In this document: one piece after another, positions 57,104 to 64,000 of the stretch
How the letters are laid out: each line of letters starts with the position of its first letter
How positions within the stretch are numbered: the stretch's first letter is position 1
Assembly (NCBI GenBank): GCA_013387215.1
Contig: WARW01000022.1
Location: forward strand, 5,357 to 69,356
From: Patescibacteria group bacterium
GTDB lineage: Bacteria > Patescibacteriota > Microgenomatia > UBA12405
DNA length: 64,000 nucleotides
Direction: 5' to 3'
Notes under the pieces: model-generated
Told to the model about the DNA's origin: nothing
The model's input: only the letters and a program-made list of their open reading frames with translations
Databases searched by the model: none
Made by a program: the position numbers and the translations under genes

Positions 57104-58039
57104 TTAAAAGTTTTTTGTAAAAAAATTAAGCCAATGCCTTATTTTCATAAAAAATTTCTTGAAAATATTTGGTGAATATTCTTTTTGAAAAAATTTTGTA
57201 AACCAAAAACTATATTCGAAAGTTGTTTCTAGACTTGCAGAAACGAAAGATTCTTTTTGAAGAGGTTTGTCGGTTGAACCTTGTTTTTCCCAAAGACGAA
57301 TATACACCAAAGCTATGGCAAAAGCTTGTAATACACAAAAAATTAAACCATGGATTCCATCTTTATAGCCTTCGGAAAAGAAAAAACGGCTGTTAAACTC
57401 TTGGATTGGTTTTAAAATAAAGTCGCTGGTTTTGATTTTATAATCCTGAGCTTTTAATTCGTCAGCCTGAATTCCGCTATATCTTATGGCACGTAATACA
57501 AATTGAGTGACCGAAGTGTAGTTTTCGTGGTTTATGGCAAGCTTTTCTGAATCTAAAAGAGTCAAGCAATTGCCTTTTACGGTTGGTTGGCTATGAATTT
57601 CTTTTTTCCAAGTAACTGAGCCCTTTTTAAAGAATCGGATTAAATAATCAGGCCAACAATTGGAATGTCGGATCCATTTGCCAAAAATTATATTTTTTCT
57701 AGGAATTTTTACGTAATCAACATCATTCCTTTTGGTAATGCTTGATAATTCTTTTCTTAAAGATTTATTCAAATACTCATCTGGATCGAGTAATAAGATC
57801 CATTTTCCTGATGCTTTGGAAATAGCAAAATTTCGAGCTGGTTCAACAAAATGCATGAACCGGTATGGGTAGACTTTAGCACCAGCATTTGCGGCAACTT
57901 TAGCGCTATCATCGGTGGAATGCATATCTACAACTATAATTTCATCTGCAATGTTTTTAATAGAACGGAGACACTTAGCTAATGCTTCAGCCTCATTTCG
58001 TACGTTTATTACGGCAGAAATTAAAGGTTTTTTAATCAT
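57104..58039 (-). CDS. GT2 family glycosyltransferase
   Basis: ISAVINVRNEAEALAKCL...IIVVDMHSTDDS...LLDPDE are GT2 motifs. There is one C-terminal amphipathic/TM segment. Confidence 0.8.
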   Translation of the reverse strand: MIKKPLISAVINVRNEAEALAKCLRSIKNIADEIIVVDMHSTDDSAKVAANAGAKVYPYRFMHFVEPARNFAISKASGKWILLLDPDEYLNKSLRKELSSITKRNDVDYVKIPRKNIIFGKWIRHSNCWPDYLIRFFKKGSVTWKKEIHSQPTVKGNCLTLLDSEKLAINHENYTSVTQFVLRAIRYSGIQADELKAQDYKIKTSDFILKPIQEFNSRFFFSEGYKDGIHGLIFCVLQAFAIALVYIRLWEKQGSTDKPLQKESFVSASLETTFEYSFWFTKFFQKEYSPNIFKKFFMKIRHWLNFFTKNF

Positions 58040-58056
58040 AAATTAAATATAGTTTA

Positions 58057-59727
58057 TCATTTTCTTACTTTATAAACTCGAATTTGACTGTTTTCATAAA
58101 TTTTATCAATTTGAAGATCAAATGGAGATAATTTGAAATTTTGATTATCAACAAGATAAATATAGCCAATATTATTGTTTAAGAGAAAACCTCTTGCAAA
58201 GTATTTATCGTCAGTTGTGAAAAATTTAGTCTCGTCACTCAAACGATTTTGCCAATTATATCCAGTAATATCTAGATTCATCTCATCTTCCATAAAGGTT
58301 GGTTTTTGAGAGTATGCAGAAACATAGCCAGTGGTTTCATACATATATAAAGGAATGGGAGTTGATTTGTTTGTTTTTAAATATTTATTGTATGGAAAAG
58401 TTAAGACATTTCCTTGAGGTAATGATTTTAAATGATTTAAGCCATCCAGTTCATTGTTACTAATATAAGCATGAGCAGGATTACTCAAGAAAGTTTTTAT
58501 TGAATCAAAATTGGAAATAAATGAAGTGATTAATATAATTGCTATAATTGTTTTTCCAAGTTTTATTTTTTCAATATTAACTAAGTATTGAGCTAATAAA
58601 AAATTAGAGAAGAACAATCCATAATAAAGAAATTGAATAGTATTCCAACTAGTGCCTTTTTGAATAAATAACAAAGGTAAAATAATCGTAAAAATTATAG
58701 TAATGAATAGTTGTAGATAAAAATTGTTTATTATTTTTCTTAAAGACAGAAAACCAAGCAAACGCCAACTGAAATTCCCCACTATAAAGACTATTATTCC
58801 AAATATATAAATTAGAAGAAGTTTAGGGCCAATTTGGCCGGTGCTTTCTAATGCATAACGTAAATTAGTTATACGACCAATATATAGCCTGTCGGTGGCT
58901 TCAAATAAAGTATTGGTGAACCATAGAGGTTTAAAAATAAAGAGACCTCCAGTGCTAGTGTTAAATATTGAATAGACTGAAAATCCGACAGTAGCGGAAA
59001 TTATCAAAATTATAAGCGGAATAAAATATCTTTTCTTAAGTGCGTATAAACTATATATTCCAAAAAAGAAAAGCATTACAACTCCACCGTATGCTTTGGT
59101 GATGGGTAAAAGCGATAAGAGAATGATTAATAATATGGAATTTTTTAGAGAAAGTTTTTCCTTTTGAATAATAATGTATAAAATTATCAAAATAAAAAGA
59201 ATGGATAAGGCATATGGAGGATTTAGTTGATTTGAGATTGACTGCATGGCCCAAAAAGTAGATTCACCAGCTAGATGTCCATCTTTAATAAGAGAAATGA
59301 TCCAGCCTAAAGAATTAGCAAAAGTGTTTAAAAAGGCAAGATAAATTCCACCGGAAAATTTATTGGTTAATTTTCTACCAATAATAAAACTAAGAGATAC
59401 AGTAAAAAACGATGTAATGATAGGAACAATTTGAAATAGCCAAATAGACGATGATATGTGTGTGATCCGTGAAAGTGTAGAAATTAAGATATCAAAAAAA
59501 GGATGATAATTATGCAGCTTTTCTCCTGAAAATATTGGCATTTCAATACTAATTGGATTTTTAATATTGTTGATTAAACTCAAATGCCAAACAGCGTCGT
59601 GACCATTACTGCCCCAAAATCCTACACCATATGAATATTTAAGACCGTTTCTAATAACAGGCAGCACTTGAAAAAAGCTTAATAAAATTAGAAATATCAA
59701 AAGAATTATTTTTTGTTTCTTACGCAT
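58057..59727 (-). CDS. Polytopic membrane protein with C-terminal soluble domain; candidate Wzy-like polymerase or GT-C protein (unassigned)
   Basis: The 556-aa ORF has about 12 predicted TM helices plus a C-terminal domain of about 130 aa. It sits between the Wzx flippase and a GT2 trio. Confidence 0.4.
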   Translation of the reverse strand: MRKKQKIILLIFLILLSFFQVLPVIRNGLKYSYGVGFWGSNGHDAVWHLSLINNIKNPISIEMPIFSGEKLHNYHPFFDILISTLSRITHISSSIWLFQIVPIITSFFTVSLSFIIGRKLTNKFSGGIYLAFLNTFANSLGWIISLIKDGHLAGESTFWAMQSISNQLNPPYALSILFILIILYIIIQKEKLSLKNSILLIILLSLLPITKAYGGVVMLFFFGIYSLYALKKRYFIPLIILIISATVGFSVYSIFNTSTGGLFIFKPLWFTNTLFEATDRLYIGRITNLRYALESTGQIGPKLLLIYIFGIIVFIVGNFSWRLLGFLSLRKIINNFYLQLFITIIFTIILPLLFIQKGTSWNTIQFLYYGLFFSNFLLAQYLVNIEKIKLGKTIIAIILITSFISNFDSIKTFLSNPAHAYISNNELDGLNHLKSLPQGNVLTFPYNKYLKTNKSTPIPLYMYETTGYVSAYSQKPTFMEDEMNLDITGYNWQNRLSDETKFFTTDDKYFARGFLLNNNIGYIYLVDNQNFKLSPFDLQIDKIYENSQIRVYKVRK

Positions 59728-61160
59728 GCAATTTGGTCAATAAACCATCTAACTTCACTTTTTGAAAAGATAACATGGAATAGAGAATAAGCAATTATTC
59801 CTATTAAAACTTTTCCAATCATATTTACCCAGATATTTAAATTTAAGGTTTGGAATATTAAGACAAAAATAATCATTAAAGATGTGGCTAGAAGCGGATT
59901 CAACATGACCTTAAAAACATTTACTGAAAATACTTTATGTGCAGAGAACCAAACAAAAACAGAGCTACAACCAACAATTAAGGTGGCTATAGAAGTTCCA
60001 ACAAATCCATATTTAATACTAAGTAATGGATAAAATATCCAGGTTAAAACTGTCCACATGATCATAAATTTGGTCGTAAGGCCAATTTTTCCAATAGCAT
60101 TAAAAGCGTTTGTTAGAGGGGTGGTGACAGAAGCAATTCCCGCATTTATGGCTAAAAAGTATAAAGGTAATATTGCCGGAGCCCATTTGGTGTATTTTGG
60201 AATTATATTAATAATATCTGGGGCTACTAGAGCAATTCCTGCCGAAACCGGGAAAACGAAAAAAGCAATAAAATATATACTTCTTTCCAAAGATTTTTTT
60301 AACATCTCTTTATGTTCTTGAAGTCGTGAAAAGGTTGGGAAAGTGACTCTCATGATAGCATCCATAAAACTTAAAGGAATGCGAGGACCTTTTTGAGCCC
60401 AAGATAAAATACCAAAATTATCACGTCCAATTATGCCGGCAACAAGTAGGTTTGATAGTCTGTCTTTTGCTACTGCAATAAATGAATTCAGTTGAAAAGG
60501 TATGCCATATTTAAATAATCCTTTGGCAGTAGTTTTAGAAAAAGAATACCCAATCGGCCATGGACTAAATTTATAGATTATTATTAAACCTAGAATGCTT
60601 CGGATAAAAGTTGATATGGCATATGAATAAGCACCAAAGTGTAAAAATGCAAAAATAACAGCAAATATATAAAAACTAGTATTTTCAATAATATCTATTG
60701 TAGAAATTAAACGAAAATTTAAATTTCTTTCTAGTTGAACTGAGGGAATAGTTTTAAGAGAAGCAACGAAAAAGGAAAAACAAAGCGAAATAAATATCCA
60801 AAATTCTTTTGAACCATAGCCTTTTGTTTGGCTGATATGAGTATAAAGAACACCAATCACTACTAAAGAAATTAGAACAAGAAGCTGCTGAATTACAAAA
60901 GTTGTTTGGAGTTCTTCTTTGGTAACTTTATCTTTTTTCTGAATTAAAGCAGCAGCCAGTCCAACATCAGAAAAATAACCTAATATTCCAACTGATTCTG
61001 CTACTACTGCGAATAAGCCAACTTCTCCAGTACCTAAAAGAATTGTTAAAAGAAAAAAACCAACTGTGGAAATTGATTGGATTCCGAAGTTTCTTATTGT
61101 TAAAAACAAAACGTTTTTAGTTGTTTTTTGTTTTATTTCTTGAAAATCAATTTGCTCCAT
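59706..61160 (-). CDS. wzx: Wzx-type oligosaccharide flippase (MOP/polysaccharide biosynthesis protein family)
   Basis: The 484-aa ORF has about 12-14 TM helices and the N-terminal pattern typical of Wzx/RfbX (KNVLFLTIRNFGIQSISTVGFFLLTILLGTGEVGLFAVV...). Confidence 0.7.
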   Translation of the reverse strand: MEQIDFQEIKQKTTKNVLFLTIRNFGIQSISTVGFFLLTILLGTGEVGLFAVVAESVGILGYFSDVGLAAALIQKKDKVTKEELQTTFVIQQLLVLISLVVIGVLYTHISQTKGYGSKEFWIFISLCFSFFVASLKTIPSVQLERNLNFRLISTIDIIENTSFYIFAVIFAFLHFGAYSYAISTFIRSILGLIIIYKFSPWPIGYSFSKTTAKGLFKYGIPFQLNSFIAVAKDRLSNLLVAGIIGRDNFGILSWAQKGPRIPLSFMDAIMRVTFPTFSRLQEHKEMLKKSLERSIYFIAFFVFPVSAGIALVAPDIINIIPKYTKWAPAILPLYFLAINAGIASVTTPLTNAFNAIGKIGLTTKFMIMWTVLTWIFYPLLSIKYGFVGTSIATLIVGCSSVFVWFSAHKVFSVNVFKVMLNPLLATSLMIIFVLIFQTLNLNIWVNMIGKVLIGIIAYSLFHVIFSKSEVRWFIDQIACVRNKK

Positions 61161-62869
61161 AGTGGTTTAGTTAAGTAGACGGCAAGCAATGCCCAAGCGA
61201 CCAATGAGATGTAATTCGAAATTGTTCTAATTGGTGTATTTTTAAGTTTAACAAATATTTGATGGTCGCCTGCTTTTAAATCCACAACCATGCGACCATA
61301 AGTGTTTTCGATTTGATAATCTATTTTTTGGTTTTTATCTGTAATTTCGAAATTAGGGAATGCAAGCTGCGAGATGGTAACTTTTGCATCTTTGTTTAAT
61401 GAAATGTTGAAATATAGCCAATCTGTCCCCTTCTTTTGTCCTGAAAGATTATATTGAACTGTATCTGGAGAAACTTCATCAACATATGGTTTGGCTTCTG
61501 CTTTGGCAGCAATACTAGCAGTTAAAGGCAAATAGTCATAAATTCCTGAAGTTATTTGATTAGTCCATGCTTTTCCTGAAAATTTTTGTTCATCTGTTAT
61601 TGGACCGCTGGTGATGGGAAAGAAGTAATTTACGTTGATTAAAATTAAAGCAATCAGAGTTAAAGTAATTGCTATTTTTACAAGTTTTTCTTTAAGAAAC
61701 TTGCTAAGCAAAAATGGCAAAACACCTACGGATAAAGATAGTAAAAAGGCAGTGTGATTTAAGAATCTCCATGGAAATTGAATTTGCTGTAGTGTTGGAA
61801 AAAGTTTCCAGATAAAAGTCGACTTGTTGTGGGTCATTAGGGCTGCTCCAAAACCAAGTGTTAAAACCAAGAGTGAAACTAGAATTCGATGATCAAGAGT
61901 TTTTCTTTTTATAAATAAAAATATTGATGTAAATATAATTAAGACTGGGATTATCCAATGAAGGTAGCCGATCATATAGGAAAAACCATCATATGGGCCC
62001 CAAACAGATGGACCATCGCCCCAAAAGTTACTGTAAAAAAGTTGTTTTAGGGTTGTGAAATGAACATCATAGGTGTAGTAACCTGTAAACATAGTGGCGA
62101 TATGAGTGTATTTTGTTTCCGCTAATAGAGGTAGGGTAAAAAAAGCGACTAGTGCCAAGGAAAATATGCCTGAGAAGATAAATTTAATAAATAAAGGAAT
62201 TTCTTTAATGAATTTTTTGATAAAGTTTTTTTCTTCTATAATTAGCCAAAAGATACACCATACTACAAGTATTGGTGTAAACGTTAAAACCATGGGGTTG
62301 TGAGATAAAAATAATCCTGCAAAGCTAAGCGATAATCCGACTGCACTACTAATTTTTTTATCGAGAATTAACTTTCTGGAAAAGTAAAATATCAGAGGAA
62401 AAAATACAGCTGCCCAAGCTTCATTCATAGCTCCACGAACATAAATGTTGACGGCATGGTAAGGTGCATATGCATAGAATAATGCTGCAATTAGACCACC
62501 TACGTTACCAAATACGGAAGAAGCCAAAAGAAACATGAAAAAAGTTGAAAGAATTATCTGGGTAATAGCAGTTAACTTTACGGTGCCTACAAATGAAACG
62601 CCAAAGGTTCGATAAATTTGTCCAACGATATATGGCATTGGCGGATAAAAGTTAAATAGCGGATAACCATATTCATAGCCAAGATCAGGTGTCCAGCGAC
62701 AGGGTATTTGTCCATCTTTAAGACATTTTTCTAGTTCAAGCTGACGAATCATCTGCATATCGTCATGCATGTTGTAGTATCCGGGTTTAGTTAAAGCAAA
62801 AAAAGTTGGGAATATGCCTATGAGTAAGACAATTAAAAAAAATAAAGGAGATTTTTTGAATTTAAACAT
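61133..62869 (-). CDS. Polytopic GT-C-like membrane protein, second family (paralog of 38837..40510)
   Basis: Its N-terminal motif is TKPGYYNMHDDMQMIRQLELEKCLKDGQIPCRWTPDLGYEYGYPLFNFYPPMPY. The C-terminal beta domain plus terminal TM (...NTPIRTISNYISLVAWALLAVYL) matches 38837..40510. Confidence 0.5.
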   Translation of the reverse strand: MFKFKKSPLFFLIVLLIGIFPTFFALTKPGYYNMHDDMQMIRQLELEKCLKDGQIPCRWTPDLGYEYGYPLFNFYPPMPYIVGQIYRTFGVSFVGTVKLTAITQIILSTFFMFLLASSVFGNVGGLIAALFYAYAPYHAVNIYVRGAMNEAWAAVFFPLIFYFSRKLILDKKISSAVGLSLSFAGLFLSHNPMVLTFTPILVVWCIFWLIIEEKNFIKKFIKEIPLFIKFIFSGIFSLALVAFFTLPLLAETKYTHIATMFTGYYTYDVHFTTLKQLFYSNFWGDGPSVWGPYDGFSYMIGYLHWIIPVLIIFTSIFLFIKRKTLDHRILVSLLVLTLGFGAALMTHNKSTFIWKLFPTLQQIQFPWRFLNHTAFLLSLSVGVLPFLLSKFLKEKLVKIAITLTLIALILINVNYFFPITSGPITDEQKFSGKAWTNQITSGIYDYLPLTASIAAKAEAKPYVDEVSPDTVQYNLSGQKKGTDWLYFNISLNKDAKVTISQLAFPNFEITDKNQKIDYQIENTYGRMVVDLKAGDHQIFVKLKNTPIRTISNYISLVAWALLAVYLTKPLWSKLIFKK

Positions 62870-62895
62870 CTTATTATTCTACCGTACAAAAGAAT

Positions 62896-64000
62896 CTATA
62901 ACTTATATAAAAGTAATTTATCACTATTAGGTTTATCGTATGACTTAATTAAAGTTAATTTTTGGACTTCAGCTGGCAGTAGTTTCAAACGAGATTGGTT
63001 TATTAATAAATACACTTCATCGCCATAATTTTTAGCAATAGTCAGTTTTTCTGGAATTAAAGTGAACTCAAGACCAACACCAAAAACGGTTAATTGATTG
63101 GTATTTTGGGTGTAAATCATTAAACCATCCGGCAGTGTTCCGAAGTAACCTTCTGTTCCAACGATAACATTTTTTTCTAGTGTTCTTGATTTTAAATATG
63201 TGGAAGCATCTTTAATTCCCCAACCTGATGTCCAATCGGAAATATAACCGACTTCTGTTGATGGCAGATTAATGGTTTTTGGGTTTAAAGAGATTTTATA
63301 TATAAGGTTTGCGTTTAATATAATTAAAAGTATTAGTGCTAAACAGCACACAAAAATATTAGTAACATTTTTAATCTGTGTTAGAAGGTAAAAAATACCT
63401 ATAGAAAGCAAGATAATTAAGGGTGAGAGAGTGTAAAGAATATATCGAGCTGTAAAAACTTTAGCTATGCCTGCATCGGCAATTAAAGGCAATATCCACC
63501 AAAAGAAAATAATTAAAACAGATAAATTTAATTTATTCTGCTTTGATTTTAAGAAAATAAGAAGGAAACCAATGATAGAAAAAATAATAATCGGCAATGA
63601 AATATAGCTATTATATATGTGAAAAATATCAAAGATATGAGGTTTTAAAGGATCGAGTGGATGTTTTAATATTTCAGTTATTGGCCAGACATAATCTTTG
63701 TTTCTCAAAGAGATCATATTAAACTGAGGTCCGAGTCTTAAAATGTTATAAAAACAAAAGGAAATAAGGCTGGCAATAGCAGCAAGTATGTAGGATTTAT
63801 AATTTTTATAATTAAAAAAGATAACGGTAAATGCAGATAATGCAATAAAAAATATTGCCGGAGACTTTGTTAGCCACGCAAGTCCAAGAACACCGCCAAG
63901 AATCAAGGTGAGATCTAGCCTTTTATATTTTGCGTTAAGTAAGGATAATAAAATAGAAACTATTCCAAAAAATGCCAATAAATTATCTGGAAGAGCCATA
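62896..64000 (-). CDS. GT-C glycosyltransferase, GT39/PMT-like (PMT_2), partial; N-terminus probably outside the window
   Basis: The C-terminal domain shares the array-wide pattern (WGIKDASTYLKSRTLEKNVIVGTEGYFGTLPDGLMIY). The region in the window lacks the loop-1 DE motif, and the ORF runs to the window edge, where the ATG at 63997..63999 is likely internal. Confidence 0.55.
   Translation of the reverse strand, partial: MALPDNLLAFFGIVSILLSLLNAKYKRLDLTLILGGVLGLAWLTKSPAIFFIALSAFTVIFFNYKNYKSYILAAIASLISFCFYNILRLGPQFNMISLRNKDYVWPITEILKHPLDPLKPHIFDIFHIYNSYISLPIIIFSIIGFLLIFLKSKQNKLNLSVLIIFFWWILPLIADAGIAKVFTARYILYTLSPLIILLSIGIFYLLTQIKNVTNIFVCCLALILLIILNANLIYKISLNPKTINLPSTEVGYISDWTSGWGIKDASTYLKSRTLEKNVIVGTEGYFGTLPDGLMIYTQNTNQLTVFGVGLEFTLIPEKLTIAKNYGDEVYLLINQSRLKLLPAEVQKLTLIKSYDKPNSDKLLLYKL

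Noticed and set aside
23838-62303. Remaining internal small ORFs (23838..24173, 27037..27270, 37344..37553, 40273..40482, 42368..42610, 45516..45773, 48479..48667, 48531..48731, 54044..54271, 55930..56202, 56500..56727, 59051..59254, 60058..60321, 62106..62303)
   Set aside because: They are nested in or antisense to well-supported CDS and are low-complexity translations typical of AT-rich DNA. They are not reported as genes.
1-64000. CRISPR arrays, tandem repeats, IS elements, integrases, phage genes
   Set aside because: I saw no repeat-spacer periodicity, no direct or inverted terminal repeats, and no transposase or integrase-like ORF. The paralog array is made of divergent protein-coding duplicates, not nucleotide repeats.

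Overview
The window is almost entirely protein-coding: about 52 CDS, intergenic gaps mostly under 60 bp, and many 4-40 nt start/stop overlaps. It is very AT-rich (roughly 70% A+T by eye) and most genes run on the minus strand. I found no rRNA, tRNA, CRISPR array, transposase or integrase. The compactness, AT-richness and gene content fit a small-genome bacterium such as a CPR/Patescibacteria (Microgenomates-like) lineage; this is inference only, with no taxonomic marker in the window. All 64 kb read as one large cell-surface glycosylation island. Its parts are listed below.

- **Sugar-nucleotide tailoring enzymes.** There is a split transketolase, a TylCIII-like methyltransferase with an N-terminal zinc ribbon, two epimerase/reductase-type SDRs, a YerE-like ThDP flavoenzyme, and an E1/DdhC-like PMP-dependent 3-dehydrase whose PLP lysine is replaced by histidine and which carries a C-x57-C-x1-C-x8-C motif.
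- **Radical SAM enzymes.** Four paralogous B12-binding (class B) radical SAM enzymes are present, plus one small BtrN-sized radical SAM/SPASM protein.
- **Glycosyltransferases.** At least 13 GT2 and 4 GT4 genes are present, including a 958-aa methyltransferase/coiled-coil/GT4/GT2 fusion.
- **GT-C membrane enzymes.** A tandem array of at least eight GT39/PMT/ArnT-like (PMT_2) proteins is present, together with a TMTC-like GT-C protein carrying TPR repeats, a YfhO-like protein, and a paralog pair from another polytopic family.
- **Export routes.** Two are encoded: an ABC transporter (Wzm/Wzt) and a Wzx flippase.
- **Other genes.** There is a WecB 2-epimerase, an acyltransferase-3 O-acyltransferase, and a YvcK/CofD-family protein.

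The most unusual part is the run of class-B radical SAM genes translationally coupled to the TMTC-like GT-C protein and followed by a yersiniose-type (YerE/YerF/E1) module. I treat this as a candidate undescribed pathway for a radically tailored (likely C-methylated), branched deoxysugar surface glycan. All functional calls rest on motif recognition by eye, without any database search.
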